From positions 1 to 32,319 of the forward strand of contig JAYTHD010000117.1 of the NCBI GenBank assembly GCA_043732975.1: a stretch of DNA of 32,319 nucleotides, given 5' to 3'. Positions 1-8,517 of this stretch are shown in pieces (positions within the stretch are counted from its first letter, which is position 1; each line of letters begins with the position of its first letter). The stretch comes from Verrucomicrobiota bacterium. GTDB taxonomy: Bacteria > Verrucomicrobiota > Verrucomicrobiia > Limisphaerales > UBA9464. Below the pieces are notes generated by a model. The model saw only the letters and a program-made list of their open reading frames with translations, had not been told where the DNA came from and did not search any database. Both the position numbers and the translations under genes were made by a program.

Positions 1-1284
1 GAGCGCCAAAGCCAGGCCCAAGCCACCCAAAATGCCACCCGTGACGATTAAGGGCTTCCGCGGTTTGACCGGCTTGGTCCCGGCGATCGCCGGGTCAATG
101 ATCTGCATGTTCTGCAGCACGTCATTGCGCGCGAGGTCAAACTCCTTGACCTTTTGCACCAGCACCTTGTAAATCGCCTCGGCCCGTTCGCGGTTCTGCG
201 TGTAGAGGTCATAGTCAACCCTTAGGCCGCTCAAGTTCTGCTTGTCCACTTCCGCAGCCTTGTAGGTTTGGAATTGACTCTCCGCGTTCTGCTTCTCCAA
301 GGCGGCCTTGGTGGCGAGCCCGTTGAAGACCCGGCCCGCTTCCTTGGCGATGTTCTCCCGCAACGATTCGATGGCCTTGGCCGCCGAGCTGTACTTCGTG
401 TGCAGGGGCCGATACCGATTGGTGATGCTGGCAAAACTGGCCAGCGCGGAAGTCAGTTCCTTCTTGAGGGCCGCGACCTGCGGGTCCTCGGCAATCTCGG
501 GAAACTGGGCGATATCAAGACCCGTCTTCTGGTATTCCAGGGCTCCCTCAGCTACCTTGCTGGCTTGGTCCGATTTACTCTTCATCGTCTCATACCGCTC
601 CTTGGCCTGCATGAACGACCGGGTCACGACGTCCGAGTTTTCCTCCAGCGAAGCCGCCTTTTGCTTGGACCGGTAATTCGCGAGATTTTGGTAGGCCAGG
701 GTCAGCTCATTTTTGGCGTCCGTTTCCGCCTGCTTGAGCAATCGATGGGCTTCCGAGGATTTCTGCCGCTTCCGATCCAGGTTCTCGATGAGAAAGTAGT
801 CAACAATCGTATTGGCGATGTCCCGCGCCTTCAAGCGGTCCGGATGCATGACGCGCACCAGGATCAGACGGGTCATCCGCACCGGCTCGACCGTGATGTC
901 ATCCCGCACCGCCTGCAGCCAGTCCTGTTCGACCTTGTACCGGTTGTCGTCCTTCAGCGACAACTTGCGGGCCACCTTTTCGATCAACGAGCGGCTTCGG
1001 AGATTCTGTTCCTGGGTGCGGAAATACTCCGTGTCCTTCTGCAGGTTCACCGCCGGCCCTTCGCGAATGGTCAAAACGCCGATAGATTCCGGATCCACTT
1101 GCAATCTTGCCTCGGATTCGTAAATCGGGGTGGCTTGGAACGCCCAGATGAGCGAGGCGAGCACGGAGAGGCAGAAGATTGAAATGATCAACCACCGCCG
1201 CTCCAAAATGACATGCCAGGAAATGCGCAACCGATTCTCCTCGGGTTGCTGCACGGTGCCGGTGGGGGAAAAATTGTTATCCAT
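1..1284 (-). CDS. Polysaccharide chain-length determinant (GumC/Wzz-type PCP), first 428 codons; the 3' end runs off the left edge
   Basis: Absent from the ORF track because no stop lies inside the window. My minus-strand translation from ATG 1284-1282 stays open to position 1 (MDNNFSPTGTVQQPEENRLRISWHVILERRWLIISIFCLSVLASLIWAFQATPIYESEARLQVDP...). It has an N-terminal TM helix, a long charged helical periplasmic-type segment and a second hydrophobic helix (PLIVTGGILGGLGLALAL) at the edge, which is Wzz/GumC topology. It starts 14 nt downstream of the OPX gene on the same strand. Confidence 0.8.
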   Translation of the reverse strand, partial: MDNNFSPTGTVQQPEENRLRISWHVILERRWLIISIFCLSVLASLIWAFQATPIYESEARLQVDPESIGVLTIREGPAVNLQKDTEYFRTQEQNLRSRSLIEKVARKLSLKDDNRYKVEQDWLQAVRDDITVEPVRMTRLILVRVMHPDRLKARDIANTIVDYFLIENLDRKRQKSSEAHRLLKQAETDAKNELTLAYQNLANYRSKQKAASLEENSDVVTRSFMQAKERYETMKSKSDQASKVAEGALEYQKTGLDIAQFPEIAEDPQVAALKKELTSALASFASITNRYRPLHTKYSSAAKAIESLRENIAKEAGRVFNGLATKAALEKQNAESQFQTYKAAEVDKQNLSGLRVDYDLYTQNRERAEAIYKVLVQKVKEFDLARNDVLQNMQIIDPAIAGTKPVKPRKPLIVTGGILGGLGLALAL

Positions 1285-1298
1285 GGAGACGCCTGATT

Positions 1299-1904
1299 TC
1301 AGAAAAATCCTTCACGGACGTTGATGACGTCGTCCGGTTCGACATAGACCTTCTTGTCGGAATCCGTTTCCTTGGAGAGTTTATCCAGATCGTAGGTCTT
1401 GGTTTCCCCATTGCGCGACAACTGGACCCGATGGCGATTCCCCTTCGGACTGACATCGTGTGCTAGGGAAACGGCCTCCTCCAGGCTCAATTTGCGATCG
1501 GGCGGCATCTTCACCGTTCCCGGCATGTTGACGAAGCCCTTCACCACGACCACTTTTTCCGCATAAGCGGCCACCACCACGGAGACTTGGGGATTGATGA
1601 TCCAATCCTTGTCCAGACCGTCCCGGATGAGCTTCTCGATATCCGTCGTGGTCTTCCCCTTCACGTCGAGCTCGCCCAGGTACGGAAAGCTGATCTTACC
1701 GTCCGCATCCACCTTCTTCTCCACTTTTTGCAAGTCGGGCTCGTCGACAGAAATGACCAATCCGTCGCCCGGCTCCACTTTGCGGGTGACCGCCGCGACC
1801 CCTTGCGCCAACCCTGACTGGGTCGCAACCGCCAGAACAACGATCTGAAGCAACCGACGGACCGCCAGGCGGCCCGGCACGCCGAAAAACGAAGTAATTT
1901 TCAT
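1299..1904 (-). CDS. Polysaccharide export protein (Wza-like OPX; Poly_export plus SLBB domains)
   Basis: 201-aa ORF with an ATG start and a signal peptide. Poly_export-type motif PGDGLVISV...DGKISFPYLGELDVKGKTTTDIEKLIRDGL, followed by an SLBB-like VVVKGFVNMPGTVKM. It sits between the beta-barrel and PCP genes with 7-nt and 14-nt gaps. Confidence 0.85.
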   Translation of the reverse strand: MKITSFFGVPGRLAVRRLLQIVVLAVATQSGLAQGVAAVTRKVEPGDGLVISVDEPDLQKVEKKVDADGKISFPYLGELDVKGKTTTDIEKLIRDGLDKDWIINPQVSVVVAAYAEKVVVVKGFVNMPGTVKMPPDRKLSLEEAVSLAHDVSPKGNRHRVQLSRNGETKTYDLDKLSKETDSDKKVYVEPDDVINVREGFF

Positions 1905-1911
1905 ACAACCG

Positions 1912-3288
1912 TCAAAACCCGAACGAAAGATTCATAAATACACGATTCGCCTGGTAACCCGTCAGATTACGAAGCGTAAGCAAAGGATTGGCAAAATCCA
2001 CATGATAGTATTCAAAAGCATAGCCCAGCGACGCCTTGAGCCAGGGACGGGGACGAAATTGGACGCCGACCTCCGTGGAATAAAAGTCATCGGTACGCGC
2101 ATTGCTGGCCACGCCGGTCGCCGCCGAATTGTCGTACTCCGCCAGTTGGTAGGTGACGGACCCCCGCAGCGACCACCGCCCAGCCGCGTCCAGTTGATGG
2201 AGCACCCCCAGGATCGCCACTCCGGAGGTGACGTTTTGCCCGCCGAAATTGACCGAAGGTGAGGTCCGGCGGCTGTACTGCAGCGTGAATGCGGTGGACT
2301 CACCGAATTGGTAGCTCAAATCGAAGTCGAACGCAGGTACGACAAGGTTTCGGTGGGCGGGTTCAAAAAAACTTCGATCTTCGAAACCGACCTTGGCACT
2401 GCCGGAAATGCGGGTCGTGAACTGACCGCGCACCCCCAGAAAGACACCGTACACCGCCGAGGGCGTGCCGCGGATCTGGTTGGCCTGGTTGGCCGAGACT
2501 CCGGTCTGGCCGTAAAACACGTCGGAACTCAACTGGATCCGATCGGTCAATCGGTACAGGCCACCCAGCGTCCCGCGCAAAACGCTGTAGTCGTAGAGCG
2601 CCACATCCTTCGCCCAGTCCGTCTGATAGTGCGAGAAATCGGCGGTCAACTGGGTTTTCTCGGTCCAGTCGTAAGCCCCGCGGATCGTCCCCGACCAAAC
2701 GTCCCGGTTGCGGGGGGACGTATTGAGAATGCCACCCTGCCCAATGATCCCGCCCAGGAACCCGGACAACTGCTCGTAGGTCTCCGTCGCGTCCAACGAG
2801 ATCCGTCCGGTCCCGTATCGACCCACACCTTTAAAGTGATTCTGCCGGTAATCGTTGTCGGTGTGATCCAGGAACAAGACCTCATCGTGCGTCACCTCGA
2901 GCTTGAGGTTGTTGCCGGTTAAATCGCCACGCCGTAACCGCAGCCCGGGCGACAACGTCGTCGAGAGGTCCGCGATGGTCGCCGTTCCCCGGGTGTAGGT
3001 CAGGTTGTCAGTATACGCCGTGCCCAAATCAAACTGTGGCTGCGCGAGCACCCAGCCGAAATCGTGGGAGAGAAAATCCTCAACCTCGGCGGCACGCGCC
3101 GTTCCCAAGGCCAATCCACCCGCCAGCAAAGGCATCCAGGCGGCGAGCGCCAGGGACTTCGGCCACGTCGCTGATCCCGACGGCGACGCGACGCGCAAAC
3201 GTCCTGGCGACCCGGGTATCCCTGCGTCCCAGCCTGAATCCACGCAATCGGACGGGCGTCGGCAGAATGATCTCAACATCGTTCTCAA
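1912..3288 (-). CDS. Outer-membrane beta-barrel protein associated with the EPS export locus (start uncertain)
   Basis: 458-codon maximal ORF whose first codon is TTG. There is an internal signal-like segment (WPKSLALAAWMPLLAGGLALGTARA/AEVEDF). The body shows alternating beta-strand-like composition rich in Y/G/T/D/N, and the C-terminus ends in an aromatic residue (NLSFGF), typical of OMPs. The true start is probably downstream, for example ATG at 3135 or an in-frame TTG just before RVASPSG. Confidence 0.7.
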   Translation of the reverse strand: MRTMLRSFCRRPSDCVDSGWDAGIPGSPGRLRVASPSGSATWPKSLALAAWMPLLAGGLALGTARAAEVEDFLSHDFGWVLAQPQFDLGTAYTDNLTYTRGTATIADLSTTLSPGLRLRRGDLTGNNLKLEVTHDEVLFLDHTDNDYRQNHFKGVGRYGTGRISLDATETYEQLSGFLGGIIGQGGILNTSPRNRDVWSGTIRGAYDWTEKTQLTADFSHYQTDWAKDVALYDYSVLRGTLGGLYRLTDRIQLSSDVFYGQTGVSANQANQIRGTPSAVYGVFLGVRGQFTTRISGSAKVGFEDRSFFEPAHRNLVVPAFDFDLSYQFGESTAFTLQYSRRTSPSVNFGGQNVTSGVAILGVLHQLDAAGRWSLRGSVTYQLAEYDNSAATGVASNARTDDFYSTEVGVQFRPRPWLKASLGYAFEYYHVDFANPLLTLRNLTGYQANRVFMNLSFGF

Positions 3289-3426
3289 GTTTCAGGAACA
3301 GGATTCCCGTGTAAAACAGTTTCACGGCGGATTCTTCCCCGAAGGCTCCGTTTGACACCGCTGTTCCAGGAAAGTCCCGGAAAATTCACCCTCGTCGAAC
3401 CCGCCTCCCGTCGCTCAAGCTTCCTC

Positions 3427-4122
3427 ATGACTGCCGCCATCCTTGTAGCTGCCGGACGCGGGACCCGCATGGGCCCCAAGGTCGACAAGCTTTTCCTCGA
3501 AGTCGCCGGCGCCCCGATCGTGGCCCACACGTGGCGGCGATTGGACGTCGCAGGTTTCGACGAGATCGTTGTGGTGGCCCGAGCCGGCATGGCAGAGGCC
3601 TTCCAGGAACTGGCGTCCTCCCTGCCATTGACCACGCCCTGGCATCTGGCCTGTGGCGGTAGCGAACGCCAGGATTCCGTGTGGAACGGCCTGCAGGCGG
3701 TCAGCGCCGGAAACCGGTGGGTGGCCATTCAGGATGGCGCCCGCCCCTGTACGGCCGTCGCGCTGATCCGGCAGTGTCTGGAAGTGGCCCGCCGCATGGG
3801 CGCCAGCGTCGCTGCCCAGCGGGTGGTCGACACCATGAAGGAGTCCGCGGACGGCCGTCACATCACAAACCACCTCGATCGGACCAAACTCTGGTCGGTC
3901 CAGACCCCGCAGTGTTTCCAACTCGCTATCCTGCTCCGGGCATTGACCGAGGTCCGTCAGCGGGGCCTTTGCATCACCGACGACACCGCCGCCTGTGAAT
4001 ATATCGGCCAGGCGGTGGAATTGGTGCCCAGCACCCAGCCGAATCCCAAAGTTACCGCCCCGGACGATCTCCCCTGGATCGAGTACCTGCTCAAAAGGGA
4101 CGGGTTGGAAAAATCTGCCTGA
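3427..4122 (+). CDS. ispD: 2-C-methyl-D-erythritol 4-phosphate cytidylyltransferase
   Basis: IspD motifs are present: AAILVAAGRGTRMG near the N-terminus, VAIQDGARPC, SVQTPQCF and ITDDTAACE. The track ORF begins at 3352, but the ATG at 3427 places the glycine-rich loop at the usual position. Confidence 0.88.
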   Translation: MTAAILVAAGRGTRMGPKVDKLFLEVAGAPIVAHTWRRLDVAGFDEIVVVARAGMAEAFQELASSLPLTTPWHLACGGSERQDSVWNGLQAVSAGNRWVAIQDGARPCTAVALIRQCLEVARRMGASVAAQRVVDTMKESADGRHITNHLDRTKLWSVQTPQCFQLAILLRALTEVRQRGLCITDDTAACEYIGQAVELVPSTQPNPKVTAPDDLPWIEYLLKRDGLEKSA

Positions 4123-4166
4123 GAAATTTTCGAAAGATCGGGAGTACGGTGTCGCTGGGGGAAAAG

Positions 4167-4243
4167 TGGTCGGGACGACAGGATTCGAACCTGCGACGTC
4201 TTGGTCCCAAACCAAGTGCTCTACCGGGCTGAGCTACGTCCCG
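4167..4243 (-). tRNA. tRNA-Pro (anticodon TGG), CCA encoded
   Basis: The reverse complement is CGGGACGTAGCTCAGCCCGGTAGAGCACTTGGTTTGGGACCAAGACGTCGCAGGTTCGAATCCTGTCGTCCCGACCA. It folds as a cloverleaf with a 7-bp acceptor (CGGGACG/CGTCCCG), a D arm (GCTC/GAGC), an anticodon stem (CTTGG/CCAAG) with loop TTTGGGA, and a T loop TTCGAAT. Confidence 0.93.
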
Positions 4244-4390
4244 AACCGCAGCTACTGTCCCGGTCGTAGCGACAGGCAGCAAACGGAATTATCGGGAAAT
4301 CGAGAAGCAACGGCCGCGGCTTGTCTCCCCGCTGAAGCCCGGTCGCTCCGACTTGCCCATCGGTCGGCGGTGGTTGAATTGTCCCCCGTG

Positions 4391-5032
4391 ATGAATCGCC
4401 GAGACCTTCTGAGTATCCTACTGGCTGCCTCTTGCCTCGCGGGTTGCGCCAGTGCCAAGTACGCGATGTTGGAGAAATTCGGCATTCCCAAGCGGGATCT
4501 GTTCAAAAAATATATCATCGCCTCGCGCGACGAACAGAAGGCCGCCGGCCAGCAGTTCCAGGATGCCCTGACGCAACTGAAGGCGGTTTACGGATTCAAC
4601 GGGGGCAAGTTGGAGACCGCCTACGAATCGTTGAAAACGGAGCACGAACGCGCCAAATCCCGCTCGGCCAGCGTGAAGAAACGTATCCGCGACGTCGAAT
4701 CCGTCTCCAGTGCGCTCTTCACCGAGTGGGAGCAGGAAATCCAGCAGATCACCACCCCGACTCTGGCGGCCGACAGCCGATCCAAGCTCGCCAACACCCG
4801 GGCACATTACGAAACGATGCATGCCGCCCTGATCCGCGCCGAACAAAGCATGGACCCCGTCCTCACGAAGCTCAACGACAACGTCCTTTACCTGAAACAC
4901 AACCTGAATTCTCAGGCGATTGCTTCGCTGAAGGGCGAAGCCGGCGCCATTCAGGAGGATATCGGCCGCTTGATCAATGACATGCATGCCTCGATCCGGC
5001 AGGCCGACGACTTCATACGAACCCTGCAATAG
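4391..5032 (+). CDS. Lipoprotein, DUF2959-like
   Basis: Starts at ATG 4391 (MNRRDLLSILLAASCLAGCASAKY) and has a lipobox LAGC. The helical, charged body (KRDLFKKYIIASRDEQKAAGQQFQDALTQLK...) resembles DUF2959 as I remember the family. The longer 3995 ORF in the track reads across the tRNA-Pro gene and is not credible. Confidence 0.6.
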   Translation: MNRRDLLSILLAASCLAGCASAKYAMLEKFGIPKRDLFKKYIIASRDEQKAAGQQFQDALTQLKAVYGFNGGKLETAYESLKTEHERAKSRSASVKKRIRDVESVSSALFTEWEQEIQQITTPTLAADSRSKLANTRAHYETMHAALIRAEQSMDPVLTKLNDNVLYLKHNLNSQAIASLKGEAGAIQEDIGRLINDMHASIRQADDFIRTLQ

Positions 5033-5146
5033 CCTGGGAAGTCGAGGTCATCGATTTTCCGCACCCGGAGTTAAACAAAACGGAGAGGTTTCCCACGGGC
5101 CGGCACCCGCCGCGATGGACCCATCGCAGCAATCAATGCTCCATGG

Positions 5147-5536
5147 TCATCGACCGATTCCCAGCACGGCCGTCAATGCGCCCCCCAACACGGCGGCGAA
5201 CAAGATCCATACCGCGTATTCATACCGTCGCATGGACTTCTGTGGGGCGGTTCGAATCGAGAATTGGAGCTTGGCGGATCCCAAACTCATCACGTCACCA
5301 TTGCGCAACCGGTGTTGCTGCACCGGGTGATCGTTGACGCTCACGATCGCCGGTCCCGTCGACCGCAGGGTGTACCAGCCTTCGGCGTCCATCCCGATCT
5401 CGGCATGCAGATCGAAAACCCCCGGATCCGGCAGCACGATGTCCAGGCCCGCTCGACGGCCCAAACGGATCGGGGCGGCGTCCGATTGGAAGCGCCGCCC
5501 CGATTTTCGATCCCCGATTTCGATTAACTCAATCAT
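5147..5536 (-). CDS. FHA-domain protein with a C-terminal transmembrane anchor
   Basis: FHA-like core (IRLGRRAGLDIVLPDPGVFDLHAEI...VSVNDHPVQQHRLRNGDVMSLGSAKLQF) and a C-terminal hydrophobic helix (YAVWILFAAVLGGALTAVLGI). The ATG at 5536-5534 shares one nucleotide with the upstream OPX stop (TGATG). The track start at 5539 is a TTG one codon earlier. Confidence 0.75.
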   Translation of the reverse strand: MIELIEIGDRKSGRRFQSDAAPIRLGRRAGLDIVLPDPGVFDLHAEIGMDAEGWYTLRSTGPAIVSVNDHPVQQHRLRNGDVMSLGSAKLQFSIRTAPQKSMRRYEYAVWILFAAVLGGALTAVLGIGR

Positions 5537-6189
5537 CAAAATATGATCGTTCGATCAACCTGAATCCGGTCACCCGGATGAATCGGCTGGTCGAACTTGG
5601 GGTCCTTGATGGCTTTTTTCCAATTCACATCCAATTTGGTTCCATCCGCCCGCAGGATGTGCACACTGGACTTCTTGGCAAATTCAGTGAAGCCACCGGC
5701 CATGCTGATCGCCTTGGTCAGGGTCAATTTCGCATGATGCGGGAAAACGCTCTGGTTGTGAACCTCCCCACCGACGTAGAAAGTCCGGATCGGCACGTCA
5801 ATATCGATCTTGATGTTCTTGTAAAAACCTTTGCTGATGTACAGATCGCGGATTTCGCGCTCCAGTTCCGTCTTCGTCTTGCCCACGAATTCCACCTCCA
5901 AATTGAGGTGAAGAGTGATTTTCCGGGTCTCCGGAATCTGCTGCTCGGTCGGGGGAACCGGGGTCGGGATATCGGTGTAAGTGACCCGGATCCGGTCGCC
6001 GACCGCCAGATACTCCGTTCCGATCGGCTTGCCGGCCTCCAGCTTGGAGCCGGGTTCGACCTTGGGAGCCGTGTCCGCCTGGGCGGACTTGGCCGGGGAT
6101 GCCGGCCGCGCGGCCAGACAGCCCATGACGCTCAGCGTCGAAATAAGGCACGCCCAGATCCACGTTAGCTGACCAAATCTCATTTTCAT
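5536..6189 (-). CDS. Polysaccharide export lipoprotein (Wza-like OPX; Poly_export plus SLBB)
   Basis: 217 aa with an ATG start and a lipobox (LSVMGC). Poly_export-like VGDRIRVTY...EVEFVGKTKTELEREIRDLY, an SLBB-like TFYVGGEVHNQSVFPH...TLTKAISMAGG, and a terminal PGDRIQV. Confidence 0.8.
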   Translation of the reverse strand: MKMRFGQLTWIWACLISTLSVMGCLAARPASPAKSAQADTAPKVEPGSKLEAGKPIGTEYLAVGDRIRVTYTDIPTPVPPTEQQIPETRKITLHLNLEVEFVGKTKTELEREIRDLYISKGFYKNIKIDIDVPIRTFYVGGEVHNQSVFPHHAKLTLTKAISMAGGFTEFAKKSSVHILRADGTKLDVNWKKAIKDPKFDQPIHPGDRIQVDRTIIF

Positions 6190-6222
6190 GTATGTGCTTG
6201 GAACCTCAAAGCCCGTGAAGAT

Positions 6223-8430
6223 TCAATATTTCTTCTTCAGTTCCACGCTGGCCTTGCCCGAAGAGCCGTCCTTCTTCTTGTCGGACTTCTCGGACTCCGC
6301 TTCGCTGTCCTTGCTCTTGGAGTAGTAGTCGTAGTAGTACCCGCTGTAATAGTAGTAATAACTGTCCTGGGAGATGTTGATATTGTTCAACACCACCCCG
6401 AGGAGGCGGTCCTTGCCACCGATCTTCTCGACCATCTGTTTGGCCCGCAGGGTCATCTGCTGAGGATACTTGCGGTATTGCACCACCAGGACGGCCATGT
6501 CGACTTCAGCCGCCAGAATGGAGGCATCACTGACACCCATGATGGGGGGTGAATCGAAGAATACGAAGTCGTATCGGCTCCGGATTTCCTGCACAAATTC
6601 CCGCATCGCCGCGGAGTTGAGGACGCCGACCGAGCTGCTCGGCAACTTGCCGGACGGCATGAAATCGAGTCCGGTGACCGGTGTGGTCTGGACCACTTCC
6701 TCCAGCTTGTTCTGGCGCAGAAGATAATTGGTCAGACCCATGCTGTTGGAGACACCCAGAATCTTGTGGAGACTCGGGCGACGCAGGTCGGAGTCCACCA
6801 CCAGCACTCGCGCTCCATTTTGGGCGAACACGGTCGCCAGATTGAAAATCGTGGTTGACTTGCCTTCACCGGCACCACCGGAAACAACGGTCATCGTCCG
6901 GGCACCCGGGTCCTTCCGCGAGAAGAGGATGTTGGTGCGCAACACTCGATAGGCTTCGGCATGCGGACTATCGGCACCTTCCTTGAACAGGGCCGTGACA
7001 TTCTGGGGAATGACGCCCAACACCGCAGTGCCCAAGGCGTGCTCGACATCGTCGATGGTCTTGACGCTGGTATCGAGATATTCAATGAAGAACGCCAGGC
7101 CAACTCCGAGCAGCAGGCCGAAAATACAGCCCAAGGCGATGTTGATCTTTTTGTTGGGCTTGACCGGGGCATTTCCGGCAATGGCCCGGTCGGTCACGTA
7201 GGCCGGTGAGGAACCCATCTTGGAGCCGACCTCCTCCTGCATGATTTGCATCTGCAGCAAATCACGCATCTTTTCATGAGTCTGCAGGAAACGTCGCTCA
7301 TTGACGTAGGGCTGATACTTCTTGACTTCGTCCGACTGTTTCTGGCGAAGTGTCTCAATTTCCTTTTCGGTGTCGACAATCGCGGCCATTTCACTGGCCA
7401 ACTTGAGCTTAAGGTACCCCATGCTTCCCTTGACCTCTCGGCTGATCTGGTCCTTGAGCGTCGACATCGCTTCCATCAACCGCTTCACATCCGGATGCTC
7501 CGGTCCCAAATCCGGACTGACCGTCTTACGTCGCAATTCCGCCTGGTTGTATTGACTGATCAAAGTGGCCAGTTCCGCACTGGTCCCAGAGTCCTTCAAT
7601 TTATTCGGCAGTTCGTCCACCGGGGTCTCTTCCAATTTGGCCAGCAACGCACTCAAGCGAGTGTAATTCCCCTTGGCGGCCGTCCGATCCGCCTCCAAGC
7701 GCGCAATCTGCATGGCGGCAATGGTTTCCACCGGCGTGGCACCGGGCTCCGCATAATTCTGGGGCACCTCGAGAGTGACCCGCAGACGGTCCAGATTGGT
7801 CTGGGCCACTTGCACCTCGGACTGCTTGACCCGAAACTGCTCGTTCAACGAATCCAAACCGCTCCGCTCCTTGGTCTCACGACGCTTGCCGCGGTAAAGG
7901 ATGTAGACCTTGGCGATCTGGTTCGCGATGTCCGCGGCCAGTGCCCGATCACTATCCAGCACGGTGAGCCTGACCAGTTGGGTGTTCCGGTCGGGGACAG
8001 CCTCGACGTTCGCATTCAGGACGTCAAACGCGCTCTCCACCGTCATTTCCGCGAAGCGCTCGCGTTTCGCGTAGATGTCATTCAACTTCAACTGTTTGAC
8101 AACCGGCTCGAGAATCTCCCGCGACTTCAGCAATTCAACCTGGGTGTTGAAGAAGACCACGTCATTGTCGCCGCCACTGGCGCGGATCACATCCAAATCG
8201 AACTGATCCTTTTGGACGATCATCCGAACCCAGCTGGAATAGCGGGGGGTGAGGGCAAAGGTCACCGCGGTAACCACGGTCACCACCAACAAGAATACCG
8301 CCAGGATGATCAGCTTCCGGATGCGGATGATCCGCCAATAATCCAGAAAGTGCAGCTTTTGCTCACTGGTGGCAGCGCCACCGGCCGTCGGGGCCACCGG
8401 CAGAGCTGTCGCGGGTCTTGTGTAGTCCAT
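6223..8430 (-). CDS. Wzc/GumC-type polysaccharide co-polymerase with a C-terminal BY-kinase (tyrosine autokinase) domain
   Basis: 735 aa. It has an N-terminal Wzz region with a TM helix, a coiled-coil segment and a second TM helix (INIALGCIFGLLLGVGLAFFI). Kinase motifs are Walker A VVSGGAGEGKST, Walker A' VLVVDSDLRRP and Walker B DFVFFDSPP. The C-terminal tyrosine cluster is YYYYYSGYYYDYY (DNA 6322-6360). Confidence 0.92.
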   Translation of the reverse strand: MDYTRPATALPVAPTAGGAATSEQKLHFLDYWRIIRIRKLIILAVFLLVVTVVTAVTFALTPRYSSWVRMIVQKDQFDLDVIRASGGDNDVVFFNTQVELLKSREILEPVVKQLKLNDIYAKRERFAEMTVESAFDVLNANVEAVPDRNTQLVRLTVLDSDRALAADIANQIAKVYILYRGKRRETKERSGLDSLNEQFRVKQSEVQVAQTNLDRLRVTLEVPQNYAEPGATPVETIAAMQIARLEADRTAAKGNYTRLSALLAKLEETPVDELPNKLKDSGTSAELATLISQYNQAELRRKTVSPDLGPEHPDVKRLMEAMSTLKDQISREVKGSMGYLKLKLASEMAAIVDTEKEIETLRQKQSDEVKKYQPYVNERRFLQTHEKMRDLLQMQIMQEEVGSKMGSSPAYVTDRAIAGNAPVKPNKKINIALGCIFGLLLGVGLAFFIEYLDTSVKTIDDVEHALGTAVLGVIPQNVTALFKEGADSPHAEAYRVLRTNILFSRKDPGARTMTVVSGGAGEGKSTTIFNLATVFAQNGARVLVVDSDLRRPSLHKILGVSNSMGLTNYLLRQNKLEEVVQTTPVTGLDFMPSGKLPSSSVGVLNSAAMREFVQEIRSRYDFVFFDSPPIMGVSDASILAAEVDMAVLVVQYRKYPQQMTLRAKQMVEKIGGKDRLLGVVLNNINISQDSYYYYYSGYYYDYYSKSKDSEAESEKSDKKKDGSSGKASVELKKKY

Positions 8431-8517
8431 ACGTTAGAAAAAAAAGAGGCAGGAAAGGGATTCCAGCCTCCTTAGCCAAAAATGGCAATATCAGACCAAT
8501 CAGGCAAGCGACAATAA

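Noticed and set aside
268-1182. 304-aa plus-strand ORF (and nested ORFs) at the left edge
   Set aside because: It lies antisense to the well-supported GumC/Wzz-type gene. Its L/R/G/V-rich composition is typical of a shadow frame in high-GC DNA.
3995-4390. N-terminal extension of the DUF2959-like ORF (track start 3995)
   Set aside because: The extension overlaps the 3' end of ispD and reads straight across the tRNA-Pro gene. The lipoprotein signal peptide begins at the ATG at 4391.
5120-5137. Small inverted repeat GCGATGG..CCATCGC between the convergent DUF2959-like and FHA genes
   Set aside because: The loop is too small for a full stem and there is no T-run on either strand, so it is not a credible intrinsic terminator.
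7246-8475. 409-aa plus-strand ORF
   Set aside because: It is entirely antisense to the Wzc BY-kinase gene, has no motifs, and has a shadow-frame composition.
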